Source: Rhizophagus irregularis (lineage: Eukaryota). From it: DNA of 64,000 nucleotides. The translations under genes were made by a program, and so were the position numbers. Numbering within the stretch: the stretch's first letter is position 1; every line of letters begins with the position of its first letter. The stretch spans positions 868,001 to 932,000 of the forward strand of contig NC_089436.1 of NCBI RefSeq assembly GCF_026210795.1, written 5' to 3'. The notes beneath the pieces were generated by a model, which made no database searches, had not been told where the DNA came from, and saw only the letters and a list, made by a program, of their open reading frames with translations. This document shows positions 49,586 to 63,585 of the stretch, piece by piece.

Positions 49586-51557
49586 AGTTTGGCTTCATTG
49601 TTACTAATTAATCAAGAAGAAGATTCGACAATAACTTCGTTAGAAGAAAATCTGATAAATAAAGATATTTTGATATCTCCATTAAATGAAGAAATTTCGG
49701 TAATTACTCCTTTTGAAGAAGATTTGACAACAATTTCATTAAATGAAAAAGATAATTCAACAACTCCAGAATACAATGAAAACGAATATATTTTTTTACC
49801 TCGAAACTGTACAAGAAGCTACGCAAATCGCCCACAAATTATGCTCGAACATTCAGGAACAGAAAATTTGAGCAATTCTGATTATGAACAACATACTGAT
49901 ACTTCTTCTTCTTCTGATGGCAATGAGTCAGATGATGAAACTTTTGCCGATACTTTTGAAAATTATTCACCGCCAGATTTTAAATCATATCAAGAGGAAG
50001 AAAAAATGACAATCAATGATAAATTTTCATGGATTTTATTGTGGATAATGACCTTTCGAAAAAGGTTCAATCTCCCTGAAACAGCAATTGAATCTCAACT
50101 AAAATTCATGAAAATAGTGTTAAAAAAAATTGGCGGAGACATTTACGATAGCTTTTCTGACTCTCTATATCTGGTAAGAATTCAACTTGACCTGAAAGAT
50201 CATTTCCATAGTTTCGTGCCATGTCCAAAATGTCATAAATTATATAATAAGACAGACATGGACGAAATTCAAAAAAATAACAGTATTGGTATCATAAGAT
50301 GCAGTCACGTCGAATTTCCAAATTCGGTGTCTCAAAAGACGAAATCGTGTTAAACGGTCTTGGCTGAGAGAGAGGTTAAAAAGCCAGAATTAATATATCC
50401 GTTTGTACCAATTCATCAACAATTGGAAGTTCTATATCGTCGGCCTCACTTTGAACGGTTACTTCGACATTGGTCAAATTGTCGATGATTCGATAACATA
50501 CTGACCGATATATATGACGATCAAATCTGGAAAACATTCAGAGAAACTGACAATGAAAATTCAGCCAAATTTTTCTGACCAGAAGTAACCGATTCACATC
50601 TAGGACTAATGATAAACCTTGATTGGTTTCAGCCCTACGATAGTACATTTTATAGTATCAGAGTAATTTACGCAGCTATCTGTAATTTATCCCGTGATAT
50701 TTGGTTCAAGCGCGAAAATTTGCTGGTTCTCAGTCTACTACCAGGACCAAACGAAGTAAGCTTGCACAAGATTAATCATTATATTGCGCCTATTGTCAAT
50801 GAATTAGAGTTACTATGAAGTGGAATAATTTTAAATCGAACATTTGAATGCCAAAATGGGAAAAATATTTGTGCAGCTTTAGTACTAATTTCATGTGATA
50901 TTCCTGCTGCTTAGAAAATATGCAGGCATATTTTAGCTTTGGTTTTTTGCCATCAGTATATAAAACGAGCAAATTATGAAGACTACCAATATAATTTTGC
51001 AGGTATGGAAGATATGGAGAATTGGTTTATTACTTGCGATTCGACCGAACATCGTTGGAATGCTCTTGCATGGCGAAGTTGCAATTCCACCAATTCAAGA
51101 AAGAATTTCGTTAATGAAAAAGGGGTTAGATGGTCAGAGTTACTTCGATTGCCGTACTTTGACCCATTTCGTTTTATTATTATAGATCCAATACACTGCT
51201 TATTCTTAGGAATTGCGAGGTGGATAATGAAGAGGATTTGGATCGACGAGGGTGTTTTAACTCTGAACGATCTAAAGAAGATTCAAGAAAAAATGAATCA
51301 ATTCAAAGTACCGGCTGATTTGGGATGAATTCCCAGAAATATTGAGTGCAGAGAAGGGTTTTTGAACTATACAGCCGATCAGTGGCGAATTTTCTTTATG
51401 ATCTACGTAACTACCTCATTGTGGGAATATTTACCGTCAAAAGATCAAAAAATTTTGACATATTTTGTTAGAGTTTGTTCTATTTTAGTAAGCCGAATTT
51501 TAGAAATTAAATTAATGGAAGAAGCCCATGAGAGGCTAATTAAAATAATTAAGCTTA

Positions 51558-51930
51558 GGCCACTCCAATTTAATAGTTTGTTTAACGTACCCCATCCCCC
51601 TCATTTTTGAAAATTTTTTAAAAATAAACAAACATATGTTATATCACGTGACTTATAATAACATCACCGATCTGTATAATATTTAAAAGAATTTCTTTCC
51701 AGTATAATTGAATCTACCAAAGAAAATGGTATAATTAATAAAAGTAATATATGTAAACTTATTAATTGCATTATCTGTAATAAATTAAAATGTATTTTTA
51801 GTAAAAATGCATTGAGTGATAAAGAAAAAACTATGTTTATTTTTAAATGTTTACTTAATTTGACCCCCTCCTCCCCTTCAATTTTTATATAAAGTTAGGA
51901 CGTTAAACAAACTATTAAATTGGAGCAGCC
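51558..51930. mobile_element. PIF/Harbinger-type (Tourist-like) MITE
   Basis: TIRs GGCCACTCCAATTTAATAGTTTGTTTAACGT / ACGTTAAACAAACTATTAAATTGGAGCAGCC; TTA TSD; removal restores KIIKLIEVHYG. Confidence 0.9.
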
Positions 51931-54900
51931 TTATTGAAGTACACTATGGAAGAGTAAAAATTACGCTTAATCTTCACCTTTCGCTCCATTTGTGCGATTG
52001 TTCAAATGATTTTGGTCCATTATATGCATTTTGGTGTTTTTCATTTGAACGTATGAATGGAATACTTGGTAAGATATTCTTTTTTTTTACTTTTTTACTT
52101 TTTTACTTTATTCGGACATTGTTAGTCTTATTTTTAATAATTTTTAAGGCTCGTTGCCAACAAGTAATAGACAAATTGAACCAGAAATAATGCGTCAGAT
52201 AATGAATGATAATCGAATTGGAGATATCATTAGTTCTGACATTCAAACGAAAGGTTTAGAATTGCTTGAAGATTGACCCACAACTGGTTCAATATTGGCT
52301 GCGGACTAATTTTCTTCAGATGAACTAGAGCGGTTTTGGCTAAATGCTAAAAACATATAGGAATCGACTATTACTGGATTCGAGCCGTTTCCTGGAGAAA
52401 TGCTGAAGCCTAGTTCTGAAGCAATAATGACCGAATCAATGCTTGAACTGATGGTTGCTTTTTATAATGCTACTTATATTGAAACGTACAAGTTTCGCAA
52501 ACTAGCAGATGAAATTATCCAAGATTCTATAATAATTCGAGTAAAGATAAATCAATTTGGAAGATGCTGAATTGGTTCCGAAGTATTTAGTTCCGCAATG
52601 TCAGTTCAACATACAAAAAGCTCGTATGTCCTAGCCAAGTTTATAACTAGTGATGGGGAAGTCAACAGTTATCCTGGACAAATTCAATACTTCTTCAAAC
52701 ATACAGTCAACTTGCCAAATGGACAAATAAAACATAATTTGGCATATATTCGTTGGTATCGACCAGCTAGTACGAGTGAAAGTCGATATTATTTTCATAT
52801 TGATGATGAAGACGAGAGCTGTAACGTCGAGTTGTGGAAATCTGAATTTTATGATGAAAGCTGCGACTGTATTATTCCTGTACAGAATATCCTTTGTCGA
52901 TTTATACCATCAAAATATCAAATTTCTACTCGGAGTAATGCTATTGAATATTTGGCGATTAATCCAATTAATCGCAAACTCCAAATTCGTTAATAATTAA
53001 GTGTTTTGATAAAAATCGGCTGAATTATTTTTTTTATTTTTTTAAAACATTTTTATAATTACTTGACGAGAGACATGTTTATTAGACGAAATTTTATTTT
53101 TACGAAAAGATTCTTTTGTAGTATTTTTATTATAATTACTTGACGAAAGACAAGTCAAAATTCATTTACAATAAAATTTTCGTTAATGATTATGCACTGA
53201 ATATAAATAAACAATGTAAATAAAGTATAAAATTCGAATTAAAAAATAATGTTTTTACCATATAGCAAAATTGTGTCGATTTATGTAATCAATCGGTAAA
53301 ATTTACTGAACAACCTTAAAGAAACAAGTTTTCGTATAACAATCGGTATAAGTCGATTTTTCACCAAAAGACTGAATGAGTTTTCATTTAACAATCAGTA
53401 TTAGTCGATTTGTGATTAATTTTACTGATTTTTGTTATTGGTCAAAAAATGTGACAAATCATATGACCAATCGGCAAAATTTATGCCAAAAGCTCTTAAC
53501 AGTCGAAAGTTTTGATTTTGACCAGTGTTTTTTTGTAGATTTTAGCCCAGAATTCAGAAATAGAAACCAGTAGGCAGTGGTGAGTATTTTTAAAGGGAGG
53601 AAGCGGATTTTTAATTTTTCTTTATGTAAGAATATTTATTAACGTTCTTTTACTTTTTTTTGTAGGTCTAATCCAATTTTAATTAATACTAATAAAAAAT
53701 GGCTTTAATATATTAAACCCGTCATAATTATTGTTAACCAAATGACTTGTTAAATGTTAAATAAACTATTTATTAAAATACATTATGTTAGTAAAAATAA
53801 TGTGGAGAAGTATATAAATTGAACGTTTTGCAACGTTTTTAGTAAATTATCAAAAAAAAACTTGCAAAACTTATCAAAAAAAAAGTGAAAAGTTCGGCAA
53901 ATCAGTTCGGTAAATTTACCGAAATGATCAGTAAAATTTACTGAAACTGACCAGTAAAATCTACCGAAATGATCAGTAAAATTTACTGAAACTGATACTG
54001 AAAGTATCAGTTCGGTAATTCAGTTCGGTAAATTGCAAAACTGATACCAAAACCGAAATTACCAAAACTGATCGGTAAATTTACTAAAAGGTTTAGTTTA
54101 GTAAATCAGAATACCGAAACTGTTTCAATACCAAAACCGATCGGTTTAGTTCAGTAATTATCGAAACCGATCAGAGCCCTAATAATGCTGAAGTCCAAAG
54201 CTGAAATCCCTAAAAAAAGAAGAAAAAAGAATACTAGTAGTATTCCTGAAACCTAAAAAAAAAGCAAAAGAGAAAATACTTACAATGCCAACTGAAAGTC
54301 CAAAGCTAAAATCCTTAAAAATGAAAAAAAAGGAAAAAAAATGTAACATTAGCAGAAATATATATATGCATTAGCAGTGCACAAAATTCGGTAACGTGTC
54401 CCATATGACATGTTGCAGGTGCAATAAAAAATAAAACCCATTGTAAATGTAGCAATTTCATGTAATGTATTTTTTTAAAACTTTGCAATATTACATACAA
54501 TAAAAATATGATATTTTGATGCAAATAATGCTTTATTTTTCCGAAATAGAGTACAATATAATGAAATAAATGAAATATATGATATGCTTTTAAAGGTCAT
54601 TTCTTTTTGCTATTTATCAAATTTCTGAAATAAAATATCCACCCACTTAATCCTTTTCTATTTTCAAAACTTTCTTTATCACTTTCACCTGTATAAACCA
54701 TATAAAAGATTTTAACAAATTTTTGTAAAAGAACGAGAATTAATTTTGGATCTATATTGTATTATTCTGAAGCAAACTTTGCAACGTACCAAACTTTGGC
54801 CATATGATGATAGTGATTTCATTGCACCACAGAATATTAAGAATGGGAAATCTAGATCATGGGTATCTGTAAACCTGAATGTAAAAAATTGATCTATGTC

Positions 54901-55159
54901 AAATTGAACAGTTGTGATAAAAAGATTAAGTAGTAAGATTATAAAGATTATAAGTGTTTTGATAATGATATTGTAATAAAATATAAGAGTACAGTCAACT
55001 CTCCATAAATGCACCCCCCTTGGGACTAGGTATAAGTGTGCATTTAGAGAGGGTGTGCATTTATAGAATTATCACGTGATTTAATTATATAATGATTTTA
55101 ATGAATACTATATTTATTTATTATTATTAAGAAATCTAAAAATCAATACAAAAATAAAC

Positions 55160-57369
55160 CTATCTAAAATATTTATTTATAGTAGTTTGCTGCATTAAAT
55201 TAATTTGTTCTCTTTTAATAAATTTCTCAATTTTATCCATTAATTTCATATAACCACTTGCATTATTCTCTTGTTGAATTAAAAATGTGTGTACAGTTTT
55301 TAAGCTTTTCAATGCTTCGTTAATGCAAATAGTTTCTACTTCGGTACTATCATCTACTTCATCTGGATGATCTGCATCTGACCCACTTTTAAATAATCTT
55401 GCAATCTCTGAAATAATTTGATCTTCTGGAATTAAATAAACTATATTTTCATCAGGAATAGTTAAAAATTCCTTTACTTGCATTCTGTTACGAAGATTAA
55501 GAGCTTCAATTGCTTTACCAAGCTCATCATCGATGCCATCTTTATAACATCAGGAAATTTGTTTAGGCATAATTTAGTGTAATATTTCAAAGGTGGTGTA
55601 AAATTTCAAAATATTACACAAAAACGTAATATTACAAAAGTTTATGCTCTTAAATTTAAATAATTATAGTAATTTAAAAATATCTTGCTATCTACTGATC
55701 CAATCAAGACGATCTATAGCTCATTGGAATCAGCTCATCAAGACGAATCGAATGGTGGTAAAATCGCATCTTTATGTTTGATAAATGGCTTTCTATTAAT
55801 TTAAAACTTTATTGTATACTATAGAGCGTTTTATCAACTGTGGAAATGTGATTTTACTACCATTCGATTTGTTTTGATGAGCTGATTCCAATGAGCTATA
55901 GATCGTCTTGATTGGATCAGTAGATAGCGAGATATTTTTAAATTACTATAATTATTTAAATTTAAGAGTGTAAACTTTTGTAATATTACGTTTTTAGTGT
56001 AATATTTCAAAATTTTACACCACCTTCGAAATATTACACTAAATTACGTCTAAACAAATTTTCTGATGAAATGTCATCCAAAAAAAAAGTATTGGGAAGA
56101 ATTTCAGTATGATTCCAACAATTTTGAATAGTATCGGCTGAAATTTCATCCCAACTTCGAATAATGTACTGGATTGCTTGTAAAACATTCATTTTTAAAT
56201 CTTGTACAAGCTGGCCCGCTTCAACTTGCTTTAACATCCACCTAAAATAAAAAAAGTTTAATAATTGATTTATGAAAATAATAAAATAATAAATTAAAAA
56301 TTTATAATAACCTAATATGATAATGCCTATAATGCTTTTTAAAAGCCATAATTATTTCAGCATCCATTTGTTGAAGTTTTGATGTTGTGTTAGGAGGTAA
56401 AAAATAAACATCAACATATAAAAGTGTTAGATTTTTTAGCTTATGACTTGAACAATTATCAAGTAGCAATAAAACACGCTGCCTCCATATTTTTGGCCAA
56501 CTTGACGATCAAATTCCTGAAGCCACTTTTGAAAAATAGTCGTCAGCATCCAAGCTTTACTGTTGCTTTGGTAAGTCATTGGTAAATTGTTAATATTAAC
56601 ATTTTTAAAGCATCGTGGTTTTGCAAATTTACCAATTACTAAAGGATTCAACTTATGAGATCCATTAGCATTTCAACATAATGCAATAGAAAGGTGTTCC
56701 TTATTTTTTTTACATCCTGAAAGGCGTTTTGAAGCTAACATTCGATCTGGTTCTAATCTAAAAAATTATATAAATTAGTGTGAAATAAAAGAATGCATTT
56801 TATAAATTTTAAAGTAATATATACCGATAAAAAAGCCCAGTTTCGTCCATATTATAAATTCATTCAAGAGGGTATTCTGCACATTTATTTCGTAATAATG
56901 GTAAAGCTTCAGCAATAGCATTATCATCAGCAGAATCTGCTTCTCCTTGAAGCTTTATTTGACGAATATTATTTTGATCTTTAAACTTTCGAAGCCAGCT
57001 AGAAGAAAATTGTAATGTTCCTTCAGGGACATTTAATTCATCAGCTAATTGTTTTGCCTTTTCAACTAGTATGCCATCACTTAAAAATTGTTCTATGCTG
57101 ATAAGTTAATACAAATTCCTTGAGGGCAAGCTCAAGTTCCGGAACAACAACAGCTTTATGACGTTTTGCTTCTGGATTAATAACTTCTACAGCAAGTCAT
57201 TTATCTTTACTTTGTAAAATTCTTGTAATTGTAGATTCGTCAACTCTAACTCCCCACTTTTTTTCAATCCAATCTACATATTGAGACCGAGTCTTTTTGT
57301 TATCACGAGCATAAAGACAAAACTCATATTTTTGAAGATTCGTCAAGGAAACTTTTTTTTTTTTGGCAT
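55160..57369 (-). pseudogene. pogo/Tigger (CENP-B-like, DDE_1) transposase pseudogene
   Basis: MPKKK..SLTNLQKYEFC..VDESTITRIL; QFSSSWLRKFK; IYNMDETGLFYR; PLVIGKFAKPRCFK; NSKAWM; FLPPNTTSKLQQMDAEII; TIQNCWNHT; QTTINKYF. Confidence 0.9.
55548..56068. mobile_element. Foldback MITE with Plavaka-type termini
   Basis: Ends CATCAGGAAATTT / AAATTTTCTGATG; AA TSD; arms of more than 200 bp are nearly perfect inverted repeats. Confidence 0.9.
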
Positions 57370-58493
57370 ATTATTGCTAAAAAAAGTTAGCAGTTAATCA
57401 AATTACGCGTACTGCGTTATACATGCCACCCAAATTATTTTGAACTGCCATAATTATAAGTAAAATCCCAAATTCAATTATGACATCCCAAATTATTTTG
57501 GCACTTTACATAGTAAATTATATATAAACCGAATGAATTATGGCATCCCAAATTATAATTATGGCATCCCAAAATAATTTGGGCAGCATGTATATACTGC
57601 GTGTACTGCGCATTATTATATAGTTTTAATTTGATCAACAGTACATGTTTATTTAACTCAAGTTTAGCAATTTTTATCGTTACAAATGAGTAAATAAAGG
57701 TTTTTCCAATGATTGAAATTTCGGAATTTGCTCATCAAGTTATACAAAAATCACGTAAGTGCATTTATAGAAAATTTTATTACATGTCCGGACTGAGAAA
57801 ATTATTGCACATGTAAAATATAGAGGGTATACATTTAGCATTAAGTTCCCAGCTTGAGACCGAACAAAAGGGTGCATTTATAGAGGGTGTGCATTTATGG
57901 AGAGTACATTTATGAAGAGTTGACTGTATCACTAATAATTCTCAGTAGAAAATTAATAATGATGGTAAACAATGTAAAAGTTTCTTAAAGATACATGACA
58001 AATACAAAAGGTAAAACAAGTAAAATACACGAAAAGTTTACTACAAAAAAAAACTAACAAACAAATCATACAAAAACACAATACTTCAGATAATACAATC
58101 TAAATTCTCTGTTAGATCTACTCAGGTGTTAACAACTTTATTCAAAAGAAAATATTGCCTTATATATATTTACATTTTCACATATGACAGTTTGAACTTA
58201 TCAATGTTATCCTATTAAGCTATTATACAATCAATCAATTGTCCTTTTCTTATCACAATTATCTGTAAAAACCTTTCTATTGCTATTTCGTATAAGTTCC
58301 ATGTGTTTATATGATTCATCAACTATGTAAATTTCAAGAAACTTCTCTGGCTAAACTAATAAAGCAATTTTCTAAGGTTATAAATATTAAACTGATACTT
58401 TATAATTGAATACTTATGAGTCAAAAGCAATAATAATACTAAAAGTGGTTAATTAATGTAAGTAACTAAATAAAATTAAAATATACTAGTCTA

Positions 58494-58739
58494 CTAGCCG
58501 TTAAACCCGTTGCTTTGCAATGTCAGATAAACATACATGTGATCGGTACGATGGTTAAATGTTATACGCGATTTTATACAGTCTTTTGGGTGCACAGGTA
58601 TAAATTTGTAGTCTAAACGTTACAGATACACAGGTATAAATTGTAGTCTAAACGTTATGGGAACACAGATATAAATATGTAATCTAAACGTGACTGTCAC
58701 ACAGGAAAACAATTATTATATAGTAGATAGATAGATAGA
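58494..58739 (-). mobile_element. Non-autonomous Helitron
   Basis: Minus strand: A|TCTATCTATC..TACTATATAAT 5' end; subterminal hairpin (plus strand CGTTGC-TTT-GCAATG); CTAG|T 3' end; no TSD; ~43-bp internal repeats. Confidence 0.8.
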
Positions 58740-59009
58740 TTATAAGAAATGTAATAAACTCAGCCATAGGATTTCTGCGCACTACATCATGTGACTTGTT
58801 CGATTTCCATGGGTAACCCTAACAATAATCTTTAATTAATTCTATCTTAAGAAAAAGTTTGGTAACACTATCCATATGTAAAGATCAACCTGGCACACAT
58901 TTCAGAATGCTATACTAGTTATGGTAAACATTAATTTGGTAATACAACACTCACAATTAGTAATTTATCTTACATTCCCATGAAAAAAGAAAATTCATGT
59001 ATGATATTA

Positions 59010-59454
59010 TGGCACGCCGGACTGGACAGATGTTTAAACGTAAAAGCTAAATCATTTGACGTTTAAGGTTAACTGCGAAATTCAAATGATTTGCTGTACC
59101 GACAATTTGTTTGACTTTATAGTTAAATTCTTTGCCAATACTGTCAAACAGTTTGGCGATATGAAAATAATTTTTCATATTTGGTTAAAATTCAAATGGT
59201 GCAATTTAAGTAATAATTTTCTTTTTAAAAGTCTCGTGAAATCCTATTTCCTTTATAGGAAATTTGTTTATAGATTTGCAAATACTTTGGAATTAATGGC
59301 AAATGCTTTGGGAATTAATGACAAATGCTTTGGAATTAATGACAAATGGTTTATATTTAACGCCAAATGTTTTGTACTCCAAAGTCAAATGATATGGTGT
59401 TAACGTCAAATGATTTAGCTTTTACGTTAAACATCTGTCCAGCCTGGCGTGCCA
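59010..59454. mobile_element. MITE with ~50-bp TIRs, upstream of the CRN gene
   Basis: TGGCACGCCGGACTGGACAGATGTTTAAACGTAAAAGCTAAATCATTTGACGTT is mirrored at 59402-59454; flanked by TA (TSD call uncertain). Confidence 0.85.
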
Positions 59455-59810
59455 TATGAAATAGGCAAGTAGCCTAGAACATAAGTCATTACATTTCCAT
59501 ACTTAGTCAAATACAACCCCGTATGACCAAAAAATTTGCGTAACTGTTAATTCACTTTTTTTAATAAATACCCTCGGAGAATCAAAATTCTAATGAGAAA
59601 TGATTAATCATTTTTTTTGAACACTAATCATTTTTTTTGTGTACTGATTCATTTTTTTGTGTACTGATCATATTACCACAGAGTCTATTTTATTATTAAT
59701 CATGATGAATTCGGAAAGGTTTTTACAAGTATATATATATCCTCAAAATTTCTCTCACACTAAAAAACTCCTAAAAATTCTTTTTTTTACGGAATTATCT
59801 CCCAAACGAA

Positions 59811-62746
59811 ATGGTGGTGTCAATAAATTGTTTACTCCTAGGAAAGACTTCTTTTCATAATACTTTTGCGGTTAATCTTGTTAATGATAGCGACATTTGT
59901 GGTTCTTTGGTCAATATTAATAATTTAAAGATTTCAGACCTCAAGTATCTAATCTATAATGAGATTAATCATGATATTAAGTTTAATTATCAGGACATTG
60001 ACCTTTGGAAGGTTGACATCACTGAAAATGAGGGAAACAAGCTTAAACATGTTACTACCGAAGATGATATTAAAAAAAAGCTTGGAGGCAAGAAGTTGGT
60101 ACCCATCCACTCAGTTAAGAAACATTTTTTGGAACAATTGCTTGTAGATGAGAACATTCACGTCATCGTACAATTGCCCGCTGCTGCTGGTAAGTGTCTC
60201 CTAATACTTTACCTCTCGAATAAGAAATTTGCAGTAACAAGATATTGAGTTTGGCTAGATACATTTTTTTTCATATCAAATAATAATTTTGTTTTTTCTT
60301 AAAAGTTATCATAGAATCTTTTTCTATGGTCATGGAAAAGATATTAGAAAACGTTGCTAGATCAAGTGATAGAACACCTGGTTTCTCTAGTAGTATACCT
60401 CTAAAGGAACGAAATATGGAATCAGCAATAAAATCAATCTCCAAAAATTTCAAACAATCTTTTATACGCCACAAACTGTTGCAAAACAAACCCTTCAATT
60501 TCTTGTCTGTTGTGGAGCTCCTGGTATTGGTAGGTCATTTTTATAAAGTATTGACATTTAATGCTTGTAATTCATCAAATTAATACTAATTGTAAACTAG
60601 GTAAAACTCGCTATGGACTTGAATTGTTTAACCATTTAAAAAACAATTCAGAAAAGGTTTTAGTAGATCTACACTCTCAGCCTGTTCCCGATCCTGATTT
60701 TTTATCAATTTACTTGATTTTGGACAAGATGTGGAGCTGGATTGCTATGATAACAATTTGACTGCTGATTCTGCAATTGCTTTACGTATTGCTTATAAAT
60801 TCTTTGTTGTTGATGAATCGTATCAAATGCAATTTAATGTTTTCCGTCAAAAAATTTACGACCATTTCAAAGTGAATAGCACAATTGAATCTTTAACGAA
60901 ATTTGAGTCAACCATAAATCTTAACAATGTAATTCAGAGCATTTGTATGTCTCGTCAATTAAACGATAATCGAACTCTAGTTATTCTCCTCCATATTGAT
61001 GAAATTCAAATAATGTTCAATTATGAAAAATATTGGATGAGAAAGGGATTTACCAAGCGGTTATTACACAGGTTGGCCCTATATATGTTGGATAATAAAA
61101 CTTTTATCCAAACATTTCTATCTGGGACAGCATTACAGGATGTTGTCAAGTTGAAGGAACCAACAAGCTATAATTTTAGCTATATTAATTGTCCTCTTCT
61201 CTCAATGGGTGCTTGTATAGAAATTGTAAATTATTTCGCAGTTAGAGAAAATGTTACAAATTACCAGTGGACTCTTGATCGATCATTTATTAAAATTCTA
61301 GATGATGCCCGTGGTCTTCCACGTGCAATCGAATATATTCTTGAGGAAATTTTGGAGAGAAACTTGTTTAAGAATCATAAGAATCATCCCTGGAATCTAA
61401 CCGGTTTCTTCATCAAAATTGCGACGAGGTTAGACTTTAGGTATGTTAATACAAAATAAAAATACTCGTCAATTATTAATCCTTTCAGTCACTTGTATTA
61501 ATCACATTTTTTTTTATTGCTCAGCTACAATATAACGACATTTGTTAAAGAACATAAAGATCTTGCCCTTACTTTGCTTAAAAATTGTTTGAAAAGTGAT
61601 TCTATCGAAAGGACACATAAAGTGTTGAAAAGTGATGATAATTCACTAACTTATGGTGAACTAGAAAGAGATAAACACATTATCCTGGAAGATGTAGATG
61701 GAAAACTTTTTATTGCTATGCCAGTATATTTCATTCATTTATACAACACCACACTTAATCTCGCTGATGTTATTCTTTCAGAAACGCTCATTTCAAATCA
61801 GCGTAGTATGGAATGGCAACATTGGGAAACCTTCGTTGCACATTTTGAGATGTTTAAAGTTAATCTTCTTTTTGCATCAGGAAAGACGACTGCGAAACTT
61901 AATGAAATTTATCCTGGTGCATTTGGAAACGAGAAAACTTTGTCACTAAAATTCAAACTTAAAAATCTAAAAGGTATTGCGTACCTAGAGCACCAGTTTC
62001 CGAGTAAATATGAAGGTTTACGCTGCAGAAATACCAAAGTATCTCACACCTGGAAGGATAACATTGTATTTAAAAATGCTGCTTCATCTGAATTTGGTGA
62101 TTCAATTCTTCGATATGTAAGTGAAGATAGTAATGGGTATTTTTTATGTTTACAATGTAAGTGGATATGGGGAAAAGATTTTCAGATTCCGTTGAAATTG
62201 CCTGATTTCGTAGGTGAGCATAGAAAAAATTTAGCTACCTTAGAGAAGTGTGATTCTGAAGAGATTAAGAAGGAAAAGATTATTACTGTATTATTCACGA
62301 CAAGAGCGATTGATCCTGAATTGACCTACGACTTCAGTTCTGCTATTCCTGATAATATTCTTCTTGTTTGCAGAGACAATTTTCATCAACACTTTGGTAG
62401 GTTGTTCGCCTCCCGAGTTGATTTTGAATTATTGTCCGTCAACGCAAACTACACATGTCCAGATATCCTAACAAAAATCTTTAGTACAGAAATAAAAGAT
62501 TCACCAGAGGCTTTGATGCTTAAACGACCATTTCACTCACCTGAGGATTTCAAAGATAGAGTAGCTTTCAATGATGGAGTAACTTTTGACAGTGATGAGG
62601 GAATTAAGGCGAAGATTTGCAGGCTCTCATATGTTCCATTTCAAAAACATCAAGTTTCGCAAATTCAAGAGCTACCTGCGTTTGAGCGCAGGGTTTTCCC
62701 GAGACTCGCGAATGAAGAAAGAATAAATTATCGTAATCTAGGATGA
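59811..62746 (+). pseudogene. Crinkler (CRN) family gene: CRN N-terminal domain, P-loop NTPase, REase-like domain, HhH-like tail; 4 exons; two apparent frameshifts
   Basis: INCLLLG..ISDLK..IDLWKV..IHVIVQLP; Walker A CGAPGIG/KTR spanning an intron; Walker B ILLHIDEIQ; GLPRAIE; NAASSEFGDS..LQCKW; VNAN..KRPFHSPEDF. Frameshifts near 60465 and 60710. Confidence 0.8.
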
Positions 62747-63299
62747 CTCTAGTTATGATAAATTCACAAATTTTATTATTTGTTGTCACTGAAAGCAACG
62801 TTATATTCATTAAATATGATTCCATATTGATAATTAAAATATTGTAATAAAGTAACATACGTTATTATTTTTGCGGTAATTAGAATTCCTGTATTGTATG
62901 TTTGTCTATGTATGTGCATGCTTGCTTTTTTCGAATAATGTATTGTGTGATCAGACGTTCATACTTGCTTTCCATAAATATATATAAGAACCGCAAAAGT
63001 ATCGGACTTGACCCTCCGGTCAATTATGCATGTTTATGCATAACAAAAAATTGTATTTCTTGACCCGAAATGTGATAATCGATAATGTGATAAAACAAAA
63101 AAATAAATTAATTGAACAAACTTTCAACAAATTTTAATTTCACAATTTTGACATTTTTGGCATGAAAGTATTTAAAATTATGGTTAGACTTTTTATAATG
63201 AAAGGCTATGTATACAATTTTTTAATTATAGAATATAATATTTACAACGAAACATAATTATATACTTTTTTTTACATTTATATAAATCAGCACCAACTA

Positions 63300-63450
63300 A
63301 TCTAAGAGAAATTAGATTTTTTGATGAATTTAATGTTTCTTTGGAAGTCTTGAAAGAATTCTTTGAAAAATGGAAAGGTCGTCCTACACTTTCTATACTT
63401 ACATCTAATTCTATTTATGAAGGAGAAGATAAAAGTAAGTTACAAGATTA
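63300..63450 (+). pseudogene. C-terminal fragment of an F-box/LRR-type family gene
   Basis: NLREIRFFDEFNVSLEVLKEFFEKWKGRPTLSILTSNSIYEGED resembles the C-terminus of expanded glomeromycotan F-box/LRR proteins (recalled, not searched). Confidence 0.5.
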
Positions 63451-63585
63451 CTAAAAATGCTCTTGAGAAAATGTGTTGTTATCAGAAAAGTTGTTATCAG
63501 AAGCTTGATTAAATAAGAATAAGAATTGGATAACTCAATATGATTATTGTAGGAAAATTGAAAATTGACCGAGATCATTTGGAAT

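Larger units (their letters stand above)
49115..52993 (+). pseudogene. CACTA/EnSpm Tnp2-type transposase pseudogene
   Basis: CPKCHKLY; DIYDDQIWK; LMINLDWFQPY; LLPGPNE; ISCDIPAA; GVRWSELLRLPYFD..IIDPIHCLFLG; NLHLSLHL..FGPLYAFWCFSFERMNGILG; many stops; two MITE insertions. Confidence 0.92.
43648..53527. mobile_element. Full-length decayed CACTA/EnSpm element with two divergent genes
   Basis: TIRs CACTGGTCAGAAT / ATTTTGACCAGTG; 3-bp TSD TTT; the interrupted repeat unit resumes across the insertion; contains a Tnp2-type transposase. Confidence 0.9.
40011..54181. mobile_element. Non-autonomous hAT-like element, inflated by nested insertions; flanks do not match
   Basis: Imperfect TIRs TAGAGTTCTGATTAGTTT / AAACCGATCAGAGCCCTA with dense ACCG/CGGT subterminal repeats at both ends; flanking 8-mers TGAAAACC and ATAATGCT differ. 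Confidence 0.65.
54992..57926 (-). mobile_element. pogo/Tigger DNA transposon
   Basis: TIRs CAGTCAACTCTCCATAAATG / CATTTATGAAGAGTTGACTG; TA TSD; contains a CENP-B-like transposase. Confidence 0.92.

Noticed and set aside
54570..58400. Possible gene relic on both sides of the pogo insertion
   Set aside because: No frame gave a recognisable protein.
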